NCBI RefSeq assembly: GCF_018977255.1
Contig: NW_024704742.1
Coordinates: 137,950,001 to 138,014,000 of the forward strand
Length of the DNA: 64,000 nucleotides
Reading direction: 5' to 3'
From: Callorhinchus milii
Lineage: Eukaryota
The position numbers and the translations under genes were made by a program. The notes beneath the pieces were generated by a model, which saw nothing but the letters and a program-made list of their open reading frames with translations, was not told the origin of the DNA and ran no database searches. Within the stretch, counting starts at the first letter, position 1; every line of letters begins with the position of its first letter. Shown in pieces: positions 48,351-60,443 of this stretch.

Positions 48351-49379
48351 AAAGTCAGGTGTAGGTGACATCAGTCAGGGTTGGAAACACTTAAGCGTGT
48401 GGATGGGTTTCCACCTGTGTCAGCTCCCCCCCACCCCACCAGCCTGTAACTCACTCTCTGGGTGGGGGTTACTCTATATATAAACCCTGAATCCCGGGAT
48501 TGGTCTCCATACTGTATCTCCCCGGTGGCCCTATTCTATGTGCTATATTCTCAGTGTTTATCATGTTACAGTCCAGGCCGACCCCACAGGGCATTGCTGG
48601 GGGAACGATCATTGTTGGAGGAGCCGTCCTTCGAGTCAGACATTAAAGCAAAGTCCTGTCTCTGCCTAAACAGACACAGACATTTATAACATCCCTCTCT
48701 ACACCCAGAGCGGGCGGGGGGCGGGGGGGAGATTCTCAGCCACAAAGCAGAGTTGACGCTGAGACCATCAGGTCTTTTATACCCGAATTGGACAGAGGCT
48801 TGAAGAGGAGGAATATTAAAGGGCGTGTGTGTGTCTGTGTGTAGGGAGGTGAGGGTGAGGGTGAAGGAGAGGGGGAGGATGGGGGTGAGGGGAGGGAGGG
48901 GGAGGATGGGGGTGTGAGGGTGAGGATGGGGGTGAGGGGGAGAGTGAGGATGAGGATGGGGGTGAGGGTGAGGGTGGGGTGAGGGCGAGGGGTGGGGATT
49001 ACACTGGGCTGAGAAAAGCACCAGCACTGGACAGGCTGCCGTCCTGTCTCTGCAGGAATCTGTGAGTTTATACAAACTGTTGGAGAAGAAACATTGTCTG
49101 ACTTTAATGCAGTGAATGTTTGTGTGTCTGTGTATGTGTGTACGTGTTGGCTGTCTATGTGTCTCTGTGTGTGTGTACATGTTTGTGTATGTTTGTGTGT
49201 GTTGGGTGTCTGTGTATGTTTGTGTGTGTTGGGTGTCTGTGTGTGTTTGTGTGTGTTGGGTGTCTGTGTATGTTTGTGTGTGTTGGGTGTCTGTGTGTGT
49301 TTGTGTGTGTTGTGTGTCTGTGTGTGTTTGTGTGTGTTGGGTGTCTGTGTATGTTTGTGTGTGTTGGGTGTCTGTGTGT

Positions 49380-50085
49380 ACCTCACCCCTCACGCGGCTG
49401 AAACTCTGGTCCATGGCTTCATCACCTCAAGGCCGGACTATGGGAACTCTCTCCTCGTCGGCCTTCCCGGCCCTCCCTCCACACTGCAGGTCATTCAGAA
49501 CTCTGCAGCTCGTGTACTGTCCCACACCATATCACTCCCACCCTCACCCTCACCCTCGCCCTCGCCCTCACTCGCCTCCACTGGCTCCCCATCCCCCAGA
49601 GGATTGATTTCAAGATCCTCATCCTCACCTACAAGGCCATTCACGGCCTTGCTCCTCCTACCTCTCTGACCTACTATCCCCCTACATACCTGCCCGTACC
49701 CTCCGTTCCTCTGGCTCCGGTCTGCTCCACATCCCCCGCCCCAACCGCCCGACCATCGGTGGCCTTCAGCCTCTCAGCCCCGAGGCTCTGGAACTCCATC
49801 CCCAGTGCCTTCGCCGCTTCCTCCCTTTCTCCTTCAAGGCCGGTCTCAAGACCTTTCTCTTCAGCTGTGCCTTCAGCTCTCCTCTCGACTCTCTACCACC
49901 TCCTCGCTCCCTCCCTTCCCTCCCCTCACCCTGACCATTTCCCCCCTCCTCGCTCCCTCCCTTCCCTCCCGTCACCCTGACCATTTCCCCCCCCCAATGC
50001 TCGGGTCCTGACCCAACTGTACAGCGCCTTGGGACGTCCTCCTGACGTGAAAGGCGCTCAATAAATGGAATCTTGTTGTTGTTGT
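49380..50085 (+). mobile_element. L2 3' fragment between the 27-mer array and V exon A'
   Basis: Family match; absent at the same site in copy 1 (33810-33850). Confidence 0.88.
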
Positions 50086-50126
50086 CTCTGTGTATGTTTG
50101 GTTTCAATGTGTCTCTGCCCACACAG

Positions 50127-50518
50127 TATTCTCGCACAGCGGATGGACAATGATCGTCCCGGACGAGGTGACGGCTGAGAACGGGGCGACAGCCATTATG
50201 TCCCTCTGGTTCTCTCACCCAATTAGCCATTACAGCGGTGACATCACGATCATATGGAAGAGAGATAACAAGGACCTGATCAGCTTTCAGTGCTCCGGGG
50301 ACAGCGCAGCTCAGGGTCGGCCCCGCAAGTGTGAGACCCGGAAACCGAAGCCCGGGGGCGAGCGGTACCGGCTGCTGGGGACCCCTGGCATAACAACGCC
50401 GCACTGATGATAGACCCCGTGAGCAGTGAGGACCAGGGGGGGTATCTGTGCCGAGTGGAGCTTAACATCGATCGGCAACGGTTTAATTCCCCCATCACCA
50501 CCGAGCTGTCAGTGACAG
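50127..50518 (+). pseudogene. Receptor copy 2, V exon A', frameshifted
   Basis: Near-identical to 33851-34240 but with a 1-nt loss in a G run (ctgctgggg|acccc, about 50377-50380), giving a TGA at 50405-50407. A homopolymer sequencing error cannot be excluded. Confidence 0.8.
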
Positions 50519-50771
50519 GTGAGGAGACCGGTGTCTGTGCTGCTCTGTGACACAACAACCCGTTCGCTGACCCCCCCCCCCCCCCCCCCAAACCCTACAA
50601 TTGGCTCCTCTTCAGATATCTAACCAATTCCCTCCTGAAACCTAACCGGGATCCTCCCTCAACCCCCACTCCCAGCCGGGCATCTCACAACGAATCATAG
50701 AATCTTACAGCACAGAAGGAGGCCATTCAGCCCATCGAGCCTGTGCCACCTTTTTGAAAGAACTGCCAACA

Positions 50772-52190
50772 AATCCCACTCCCCGCTCTTACCCCAACTG
50801 GTCCCACTCCCCCGCTCTTACCCCAACTGGTCCCACTCCCCGCTCTTACCCCAACTGGTCCCACTCCTCCGCTCTTACCCCAACTGCTCCCACTCCCTCC
50901 TCTTACCCCAACTGGTCCCACTCCTCCGCTCTTACCCCAACTGCTCCCACTCCCTCCTCTTACCCCAACTAGTCCCACTCCCCTACTCTTACCCCAACTA
51001 GTCTCACTTCCCCCCTTACCCCAACTCGTCCCACTCCACTGCTCTTATACCAACTAGTCCCACTTCCCCGCTCTTACCCCAATTTGTCCCACTCCCCCAC
51101 TCTTACCCAAACTAGTCCCACTCCCCCGATCTTACCCCAATTAATCCCACTACCTCGTTCTTACCCCAACTGATCCCACTCCCCTTGCTCTTACCCAAAC
51201 TAGTCCCACTCCCCCGCTCTTACCCCAACTAATCCCACTGCCCCGCTCTTACCCCAACTCATTCAACTGCCCCGCTCTTACCCCAATCAGTCCCAATCCC
51301 TTGTTCTTACCCCAACTAGTCCCACTCCCCCATCCTTACCCGAACGAGTCCGAGTCCCCCACTCTTACCCCAACTAGTCCCCACTCCCCCGCTCTTACAC
51401 CAACTAGTCCCACCCCCCACTGTTACCCCAATCAGTCCCAATCCCTCGTTCTTACCCCAACTAGTCCCACTCCCCATTCTTACCCTAACGAGTCCGAGTC
51501 CCCAGGTCTTACCCCAACTAGTCACACTCCTCCGTTCTTACCCCAACTAGTCCAACTCCCCCACTCTTACCCCAACTTGTCCCACTCGCCTGCTCTTACC
51601 CCAACTCGTCCAACTGCCCCTCTCTTACCCCAACAAGTCCCACTCCCCCACTTTTACCCCAATTAGTCCCACTACATCATTCTTACCCCAAATAATCCCA
51701 CTCCCCCGTTCTTAACCCCAACTGATCCCACTCCCCCCAATCTTACCCCAACTAGTCCCACTCCCCGCTCTTACCCCAACTTGTCCCAGTCTCCAGCTCT
51801 TAACCAAACTAGTCCCACTTCCCCACTCTTACCCCAACTAGTCCCACTCCCTTGCTCTTGCCCCAACTAGACCCACTCCCCCACTCTTACCCCAAGTCCC
51901 ACTTCCCCGTTCTTCCCCCAACTAATCCCACTCCCCCCACTCTTACCCCAACTAGTCCCACTCCCCCGCTCTTACACCAACTTGTTCCAGTCTCCAGCTC
52001 TTAACCAAACTAGTCCCACTCCCCCGCTCTTACCCCAACTAGTCCCACTCCCTCGCTCTTACCCCAACTAGTCCCACTCCCTCGCTCTTACCCCAACTGT
52101 CCCAATGCCCCCACTCTTACCCCAACTAGTCCCAGTCCCCGCTCTTACCCCACTAGTCCCAGTCCCCCACTCTTACCCCACAGCCCTGCA
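50772..52190 (+). repeat. Paralogous 29-bp minisatellite, longer and more degenerate
   Basis: Same unit and flanks as 34497-35390; roughly 48-50 units by length. Confidence 0.95.
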
Positions 52191-53354
52191 CATTTTTCCT
52201 GTTTAAGTACGTATCCAATTCCCTTTTGAAAGCTATTATCGAATCTCCTTCCTTCACCCTTTCAGGCCGTGTGTTCCAGACCATAACAACTCTATTAAAT
52301 CTCCCCTTAACCTTCTCTGCTTTAAGGAGAATAATCCCAACTTCTCTATTCTCCCCACATCCCTGGTATTCTTGTGAAGCTCCTCTGCACCCTCACCAGG
52401 CACTGACATCCTTCCTAAAGTCTGGTGCCCACAATTAATACTAATAATAAAGCGAGCGAGTGAGTGAGTGAGCGAGTGAGTGAGTGAGCGAACGAGTGAG
52501 TGAGCGAGCGAGTGAGTGAGTGAGTGAGTGAGTGAGCGAGCGAGTGAGCGAGTGGCTGTCAGTGGGAGGACAGAACCCATTTTCTTTTCATTCTAATTAT
52601 TAATATCTCTGGGGCTCAGTGGCTCCCGTCTCCATGTGGCTCTCGCACACTACACAACAGGTCACAGCCTCAGCGTCAGGGTGGGGGGAGCCTCTCTCTG
52701 TCCCTCTCCCCCTCTCTCTCTGTTTCTCANNNNNNNNNNNNNNNNNNNNNNNNNNNNNNNNNNNNNNNNNNNNNNNNNNNNNNNNNNNNNNNNNNNNNNN
52801 NNNNNNNNNNNNNNNNNNNNNNNNNNNNNNNNNNNNNNNNNNNNNNNNNNNNNNNNNNNNNNNNNNNNNNNNNNNNNNNNNNNNNNNNNNNNNNNNNNNN
52901 NNNNTCTCTCTCTGTATATGTNNNNNNNNNNNNNNNNNNNNNNNNNNNNNNNNNNNNNNNNNNNNNNNNNNNNNNNNNNNNNNNNNNNNNNNNNNNNNNN
53001 NNNNNNNNNNNNNNNNNNNNNNNNNNNNNNNNNNNNNNNNNNNNNNNNNNNNNNNNNNNNNNNNNNNNNNNNNNNNNNNNNNNNNNNNNNNNNNNNNNNN
53101 NNNNNNNNNNNNNNNNNNNNNNNNNNNNNNNNNNNNNTCTCTTTGTCTCTCTCTGTGTACGTATGTTTGTCTCTCTCTCTCTCTCTCTGTGTCTCTCTGT
53201 GTGTATGTGTGTGTCTCTCTGTCTCTCTCGCTCTCTGTGTCTCTCTCTGTATGTGTGACCCTTTCTACTTGTGTGTGTGTGTGTGTGTTCCTGTGTGTAT
53301 ATCTCTCTGTATTCAAGTGTTTCCTGTCATTAGAATTATAGATAGTTTACACTC

Positions 53355-53770
53355 TCCGTTGCCTGGCACTGACTCTCTTGCCCGCTGCCTGGCATTTGAC
53401 TCTCTCTGTTGCCTGTTACCTGGCATTGACTCTCTCTGTTGCCCGCCGCCTGGCATTGACTCTCTCTGTTGCCCGCTGCCTGGCACTGACTCTCTCTGTT
53501 GCCCGCTGCCTGGCATTGACTCTCTCTGTTGCCCGCTGCCTGGCACTGACTCTCTCTGTTGCCTGTTGCCTGGCACTGACTCTCTCTGTTGCCCGCCGCC
53601 TGGCACTGACTCTCTCTGTTGCCCGCTGCCTGGCATTGACTCTCTCTGTTGCCCGCTGCCTGGCACTGACTCTCTCTGTTGCCTGTTGCCTGCACTGACT
53701 CTCTCTGTTGCCCGCTGCCTGGCACTGACTCTCTCTGTTGCCTGTTGCCTGGCACTGACTCTCTCTGTTG
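53355..53770 (+). repeat. 30-bp minisatellite before the FN3 exon
   Basis: Unit gcctggcactgactctctctgttgcccgct, about 13 copies; paralog at 63010-63425. Confidence 0.95.
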
Positions 53771-53782
53771 CCTGTCTGGCAG

Positions 53783-53888
53783 GAGCTGATTGTCGCTGGT
53801 CTGAAGCCGGGCACCAGATACCGTGTGATGGTGCGGGCGGGGGACGGGCGTCCCAGCCCCACGAGGGACGTAACCACGGTGACTAAAG
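53783..53888 (+). CDS. EGFLAM: Pikachurin/EGFLAM-like FN3 exon (ELIVAGLKPGTRYRVMVRAGDGRPSPTRDVTTVTK)
   Basis: Acceptor ctggcag, donor G|gtgggt, phase 0-1. Resembles EGFLAM EEVIGDLKPGTEYRVSI...GRLSSPRHVTTLSQ as recalled. May be a fragment or pseudogene. Confidence 0.7.
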
Positions 53889-54029
53889 GTGGGTACCACC
53901 TTCACCATCACCATCATCACCAGCCACTGCATTGCCATTTTGTTGTCAGCCCGGCTCCAGCCTCTGCCTCGCTCGCCTTTGGGTCAGGAGGTTGTGGGTT
54001 CGGGTCCCCACGACGTGTCCAGAATCAGC

Positions 54030-54350
54030 TCGAAGTCCAGACTCCGACGCACCAGCTCAGCGCTGGGAGGGGGGAGGGAGCGCGGGGAGAGAGAGAGAAA
54101 AAGGAAGAGACGCATCATCATAGATGCCGTCCTTCAGATGAGACGTTAAACCCCACTCCTCGTCTGTCCCTGTTCAGGTGGACATTAAAGATCCCGCAAC
54201 CCTGTCGGGAACAGAGAGAGGGATTTCTCTCTCTCTCTCTCTCTCTCCCCCCGTGTCCTGGGCAACAATCCCGCAGATAAAACCGCTGGTTCGTGTCATG
54301 GCTGTGTGTGGGACGTCGCTGTGTATAGATTACAGTAATTCCCTGTGAAG
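54030..54350 (+). mobile_element. Older Deu-domain SINE (SacSINE1-like)
   Basis: GATGCCGTCCTTCAGATGAGACGTTAAACC...GTTCAGGTGGACATTAAAGATCCC resembles the DeuSINE core. Further degenerate copies at about 3660-3840(-), 12190-12370(-), 15350-15600, 23850-24050(-), 26330-26520 and 63690-64000. Confidence 0.7.
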
Positions 54351-54589
54351 TGCCTTTGAGGAGTTACAGCTGCTGCTGTTTACAAGAAGGGTTTCCGGCC
54401 CCAACTTGGGTGTTCACTCTCCAGCGTCTTGGGATGTCCTCTCGACATGAAAGGCGCTGTGTAAATTTCGCTCACGAAATACACAATCACTGCACTCTAC
54501 GGTACATTCTGTGAAGCGCTTTGAGATGTCTCGACGAAGCAATGAACGCTGTATCGCATGGTTTATATTATAAATGCGGTTGGTGTTGT

Positions 54590-55690
54590 TGGTATTGATG
54601 TTGTTGTTGTTGATGTTGTTGTTTATGTTGTTATTGTTGATGTTGTTGTTGATGATGTTTTTATGTTGATGATTTTGATGTTGATGTTGTTGACAGTGAT
54701 GTTGATATTGATGGTGATGTTGTTGTTGTTGGTGTTGGTGTTGATGTTGATGGTGATGTTGTTGATGGTGATGTTGTTGATGTTGTTGATGGTGATGTTG
54801 TTGTTGATGTTGTTGATGGTGATGTTGTTGTTGATGTTGTTGATGTTGATGTTGTTGTTGATGTTGATGTTGATGTTGATGGTGATGTTTGTTGTTGATG
54901 GTGATGTTGTTGTGATTGTTGTGTTGTTGATGATGTTGATGGTGATGTTGTTGTTGTTGATGGTGATGTTGTTGTTGATGGTGATGTTGATGGTGATGTT
55001 GTTGTTGATGCTGTTGATGGTGATGTTGTTGTTGTTGATGGTGATGTTGTTGTTGTTGATGGTGATGTTGTTGTTGATGGTAATGTTGTTGTTGATGGTG
55101 ATGTTGTTGTTGTTGATGGTGATGTTGTTGTTGATGTTGTTGATGGTGATATTGTTGTTGTTGTTGATGGTGATGTTGTTGTTGATGATGGTGATGTTGT
55201 TGTTGATGTTGTTGATGGTGATATTGTTGTTGTTGATGGTGATGTTGTTGTTGTTGATGGTGATGTTGTTGTTGATGGTGATGTTGTTGTTGATGGTGAT
55301 GTTGTTGTTGTTGATGGTGATGTTGTTGTTGATGTTGTTGATGGTGATATTGTTGTTGTTGATGGTGATGTTGTTGTTGATGTTGTTGATGGTGATATTG
55401 TTGTTGTTGATGTTGTTGATGGTGATATTGTTGTTGTTGATGGTGATATTGTTGTTGTTGTTGATGGTGTTGTTGTTGATGGTGATGTTGTTGTTGATGG
55501 TGATATTGTTGTTGTTGATGGTGATGTTGTTGTTGATGGTGATGTTGTTGTTGTTGATGGTGATGTTGTTGTTGATTTTGTTGATGGTGATATTGTTGTT
55601 GATGGTGATGTTGTTGTTGATGGTGATGTTGTTGTTGTTGATGGTGATGTTGTTGTTGTTGATGGTGATGTTGTTGTTGTTGTTGTTGTT
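54590..55690 (+). repeat. (GTT/GAT/GGT)n trinucleotide-derived low-complexity tract
   Basis: Direct reading; explains most of the spurious 457-aa ORF. Confidence 0.95.
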
Positions 55691-55805
55691 GATGGACCTT
55701 TGCTGCTGGGAGGTCAGAAGACGGCTGAGGGTTCCGTGGTATTCACCTGAAGGACCAGCGTTTCAGGCCCCGAGTAAAATGGCCTCCTTCCCGGTGTGTT
55801 CACAG

Positions 55806-55941
55806 ATCACTGCCGCCCGCCTGACCCCCCCTCGCGTCCCGAGGCCGTGGCCATGTCTGACGTGGAGGTGGCGTTGGCCTGGCGACCAGGAGCCAGCCCA
55901 GGGAGCTCGCCATTACTGTACTACACAGTGAATTACACTCG
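55806..55941 (+). CDS. EGFLAM: Pikachurin/EGFLAM-like FN3 exon (DHCRPPDPPSRPEAVAMSDVEVALAWRPGASPGSSPLLYYTVNYTR)
   Basis: Acceptor ttcacag, donor CG|gtgagt, 136 nt, phase 1-2, in frame with 53783-53888. Resembles EGFLAM DSCLPPAAPQQP...[29 protein letters not shown]. Confidence 0.75.
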
Positions 55942-56899
55942 GTGAGTACAAGACTGACCGACATCCAGTGTGAGAGACTGACGCGTGTTAGTTGATGGGC
56001 GGATCGCTTTCCGGAGGTAATAATCCCTCAGAGAAAAAATTTGGCCACTCAACACCACGTCTGTTTATGGGTCAATACTGTGCGCAATTGGCTGCCGCGT
56101 TTCGCCCACAAAATACGCAGTCAATTCACGTATACTCTGTGTGTATATTCCCTGAAGCGCTTTGAGGCGTCTCAACGAAATGATAAGGCTTTGGTTGCAC
56201 GGAGTTTTTCGAGGAGAATCGTCCGGAAAGACTTCACGAAAAAAGGGTACGGATGGTGGTCGCAAGCGTTGGCTTGGCCGCTCAGGCCTCCTGCGCTGGT
56301 TAGGATGAACCGAGCCATTGACTCTCCCAACGGACTGAGTAGTTCAGGCCAACTGTGCCCTTGCAACAAAAATTTTCCTCCACACCTAACCCTGTTCGGT
56401 CACGTTGAGTCAGAGAAGTTTCCGTAAGCATTTGCAGGACAGTGGAAGGACTGAAGAACGAGGGGGACAGTTACAGTCGGCCAAGTAGGACAACCCCTGG
56501 AGCAAGATGGAAGTCTTAAGGTTTTGTGGGCAGTGGATTTGATGTTGGCGGAGGCTTTGAGAGCAATAGATCTCAGAGACTTGAACGGTTCTCTGTCTGA
56601 CTGAGCAGTTTGCCACAAGACCACAGGTCTATCCATCGCTGCTACAAACGAGATGAATGAACTCTTCTCCAGCTGCGCCCTCAACTCTCTGCCTTTCATT
56701 GACAAGTCTCCTGAAAGGGAAAGAGTTGAGAGCTCAAGAGTTGAGTTGGAGAAAGATACATTCTGCCATTATTTGTGAACTTTAATGCTGTCTCGACCTA
56801 CCATCTTGAACCATACACACTTGGGGGAAACAGCAGAGTTAACTTGCGCAGGTTGGGATTGATCAAAGTGAGTGAATATCCTATTTTAGTGAGAGAGAA

Positions 56900-56931
<32 letters not shown>

Positions 56932-57074
56932 ATTGGTCCGAATTGAAACGAGAGAGCTGTCCTGTTCTGTTCTGTTTGATTTGGTTTAGTTAACAAGGGA
57001 ACAATCGCACCTTTTAAACAAGAACGTTATTTAAACCAGTCTTTGAGAAAGCAGCCTTTGTTGTAATAAAGAAC

Positions 57075-57079
<5 letters not shown>

Positions 57080-57107
<28 letters not shown>

Positions 57108-57292
57108 CCTTGCATTTTGATATAGCGCTTTTCACGTCGGGAGGACGTCCCAAAGCGCTTCACAGAACACACTGTAAAGTGAATTGACTGTATATTTGTG
57201 GGCGAACGCGGCAGCCAATTGCGCACAGCAATGTCCCACAAACAGTCGTGTTGAAAATGACCAATTTATTATTGTTTTGGGTTTTGGAGGAT
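57080..57292 (-). mobile_element. tRNA-derived SINE cut by the assembly gap
   Basis: Family match that ends abruptly at the 25-N gap. Confidence 0.85.
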
Positions 57293-57317
57293 NNNNNNNN
57301 NNNNNNNNNNNNNNNNN
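57293..57317. other. 25-N scaffold gap
   Basis: Exactly 25 N; a SINE is cut at the left edge. Confidence 0.85.
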
Positions 57318-57812
57318 TTTCTCTCCAAATTAAGAAATAGAAGTTCTCCGTCTGCTCCCCCCCTGCCACCCCCCACCCCCCCACCCCCCAATTAGCATCA
57401 TTCATAGCCATGATCACACTGTCACACTGCGCTGGAGGATATTCTATTTGTGATCACTGATGCTGACACCACCCCAGCCAGCGAGCAAACCACATGTGGG
57501 GTGTGGAACCACGATGAAGAGGTTGTGCCCACAGCCCCGGCTGTGTGTCACTCTGCCGAAATCCCACCCGGTCTGAGCCTGTGAGACCACCTCACTGTCA
57601 GATCTAAGATAGCGCCAAATTGTGGAAAGTTCTTCAATCCCGGCTTGAAGCCGAGCGAGCGGGTTTGAATGGAAGTGAATCACGTGATTTAATTCAAATT
57701 GCAGTTCCGGTGTCTGTCGTTCAACAACAACATTACATTTGGACAGTCGCTGATTTGGACCTGAGTTGAGGGTCAGAATAGGGGAGGGGGGGAGGGGGAG
57801 TACATTTGCTTG

Positions 57813-59032
57813 AAAGCAATGGACTGTGGCTATTGAACGTTCCACGTTGTGGTGTATGGATAAAGATTGCTGTTTCCTCTTGTCATTCAGCTGGAGGAAG
57901 TAATGACATCTTGTGATTCTGCAACGTCTGGTGCTCAGAACTGTCTCCTATTCACATATGTCACCATTGTACACCAGTCACCTCCACTCCCTTAAAGCTC
58001 AGGTATGTGCTGCTGAAGGCACGAGGCTTAAATCGAACATAACGGTCCATCAGCAGATCTGACTGCACCTTATCAAATCGTCAAACCCGTCGCCTTCACA
58101 CCTCAGGCGCTGACAGCATCACCATCCATGGTTGCACACTTCACCTCACTGAGCCAGTCCAGAACCTTGGCGTCTTGTTCGACCCTCAACTATCCTTTCT
58201 ACCCCACATTTGTGCCATGACTCGCTCTGCCTTCCCCCACCTCCTCAACATCGCCCGGGTCTGCCATTGGCTCACACCACAGACTGCAGAAACCCTCGTA
58301 TACGCTTTCATTACATCGAGCCTCGACTATGCAAACTCCCTGTTTGTCGGCCTCCCCAACTCCTCCCTCCACACATCATCCAGAACTCTGCAGCCCATGT
58401 CCTCTCCCCCACCAGGCTCCGTGACCCTATCACCCCCATCCTCACCCCCACCAGGCTCCGTGACCCTATCACCCCCATCCTCCCCCAACTCCACTAGCTT
58501 CCCATCACACAGAGGATACAGTTCAAGATCCTGGTCCTTGTCTTCAAGACCCTCCATGGTCTTGCTCCCCCCTACAATCCTGCTCACTCTCTCCCCTCAG
58601 CGGGCTCCGGCCTGATTCACGTCCCTCGCCTCTCTCACCCCACTATTGGCGTATTGGCGTGTGGTCCTTCCACCACTCTAAACCCCACCTTCTGGAACTC
58701 CATCCCTCAGTCCCTCCGCTTTGTTGCCTCCTTCAATACCCATCTCAAGACCCACCTCTTTGACGGTGCTTTCGATCAACCTGCTTCCCCCCTGCCCTGC
58801 CCCTCCCCGATCCTGACCCCCTGCTCGGGTCAGAAACTCTGACTGTCCAGCGACTTGGGATGTGAAAGGCGCTTTACACATGTCATTTTGTTGTTGTTGT
58901 TGACAGAAAAAGAAACACAGCCCCGACTCAAACCATCTCCTTCCAAAGCCTCCACACACCACCTGACACCTCTCTTCTCTCAGGATTTTCCGACAACATA
59001 AACATAATGTGAGGCCCTACAGTTAGTGATTA
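57813..59032 (-). repeat. Inverted copy of 30720-31884 (5' flank of receptor copy 1)
   Basis: Reverse-complement near-identity; this copy has an extra ~37-bp tandem duplication near 58405-58480. Confidence 0.95.
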
Positions 59033-59135
59033 GCACTGGGCTCACAAGGGAGATGACCAGGGTCTGGTTCCCGGGTGGGGGAAAACCTTAGGCAAGTTTC
59101 CTTACTGCACTGTTTACCAGCAGTAAGCAGGAAAG

Positions 59136-59455
59136 TGGAGTCCTGTAGCTCAGTGGTTAGAGCACTCGCTTTGCAAGTGAGAGACCTGAGTTCAATTCCA
59201 GGCAGAGGGCGAAACCTTGGGCAAGTTTCCTTACTCCACACAGAGCCTAATAATAATCCCTCCAAAACCCAAAACAATAATAAATTGGTCATTTTCAACC
59301 CACGACTGTTTGTGGGACATTGCTGTGCGCAATTGGCTGCCGCGTTCGCCTACAAATATACAGTCAATTCACTTTACAGTGTGTTCTGTGAAGCGCTTTG
59401 GGACGTCCTCCCGACGTGAAAAGCGCTATATCAAAATGCAAGGATTATTATTATT
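59136..59455 (+). mobile_element. tRNA-derived SINE, full length
   Basis: Family match. Confidence 0.9.
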
Positions 59456-60089
59456 AAAGTGGTTGATAGTCAATTGGTGGATCACTTTCCGGGGGTAATA
59501 ATTACTTAACATTTTGTTAAATTGCTGTGCGCAATTGGCTGCTGTGTTCGGCCACAAAATAAACAGTAAATCCAAATTACAATATATTACGATGCGCTTT
59601 GAGATGTTTCAGTGATGTGATGCGATGCTGCATCAAATGCAAGAATTATTATTAATGTTATTGTTATCAATTTTTGTTGTTGTTGTTGAATTATCGACAC
59701 CAGAACTGTGATTTGAATGACAGTGAGCGATTCACACGGCCATTTAAACAACTCTCCGGAGTAAAAGCCTGACCGTGATGTTGAACAGGTGCTCAAAAAA
59801 CACTGGGTTACTGTTACCAAGAAACTTTCCCCATCACTCCCCCACTGGAGCTCTCTACTCTAACCCCATTCCCTGCTCTCTATCTCCCCATCGTGTCTGT
59901 GCTGGTGCTCACTCCCCCACTGGAGCTCTCTACTCTAACCCCATTCCCTGCTCTCTCCCCATCGTGTCTGTGCTGGTGCTCACTCCCCCACTGGAGCTCT
60001 CTACTCTAACCCCATTCCCTGCTCTCTCCCCATGGTGTAAAGGCTGTTTTGATATTGTGGGGTCAGGGATGTGGACAGAGGGATCTTAC

Positions 60090-60443
60090 CTGGAGAGCTC
60101 TGAACCTGGAGCCTGATCTCCCGCTGGATCACGAGTCTCTTGTTCTCCTTCTCAGCCTCCACGAGACACAGGTGGGTGCCGTTGTCCTCTGTTACCAGGC
60201 GGCTCACTGTCAGTGTGATGTTCCCATCAGCCGCGCTCCCCCTCAGCTCACACCGCTCATCACCCTCCGTCCTATTCCAGGAACCACCCTCCTGTCTGAA
60301 GGTCACCAGGTGGCTGTACGGCTCCTTCCTCACCCACGTGACGTTGACAAGTTTATATTTAGGGCCATTAGAGGGCAGTGGGCAAAGCAACATCACCGAT
60401 TCTCCCACCGTCCCCATCACCAGGCGGTGGTTTGTGTCAACAC
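60090..60443 (-). pseudogene. Receptor copy 2, V exon B', inverted
   Basis: Reverse complement of 37540-37893 with intact splice sites and three substitutions (D>N, I>T, Y>H in the DxGxYxC motif). No intact transmembrane exon was recognised downstream. Confidence 0.8.

Larger units (their letters stand above)
52451..54332 (+). repeat. Segmental duplication, direct copy of 62079-64000
   Basis: Colinear near-identity across the GAGC/GAGT repeat, masked blocks, 30-mer array, FN3 exon and Deu-SINE, with small indels. Confidence 0.95.

Noticed and set aside
48360-48570. Possible solo LTR (TG...TATATAAA...CA)
   Set aside because: No polyA signal, target-site duplication or second copy seen.
54558-55931. 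457-aa hydrophobic ORF
   Set aside because: Read-through of a GTT/GAT trinucleotide tract; the real exon at 55806-55941 is in a different frame.
56400-56705. Selenoprotein P-like Cys/UGA-rich tail (suggested by human synteny)
   Set aside because: No frame reproduces the SELENOP motif pattern.
59690-59820. Transmembrane exon for receptor copy 2
   Set aside because: The intron upstream is homologous to copy 1, but no AG-bounded hydrophobic exon follows; there are only scattered short matches.
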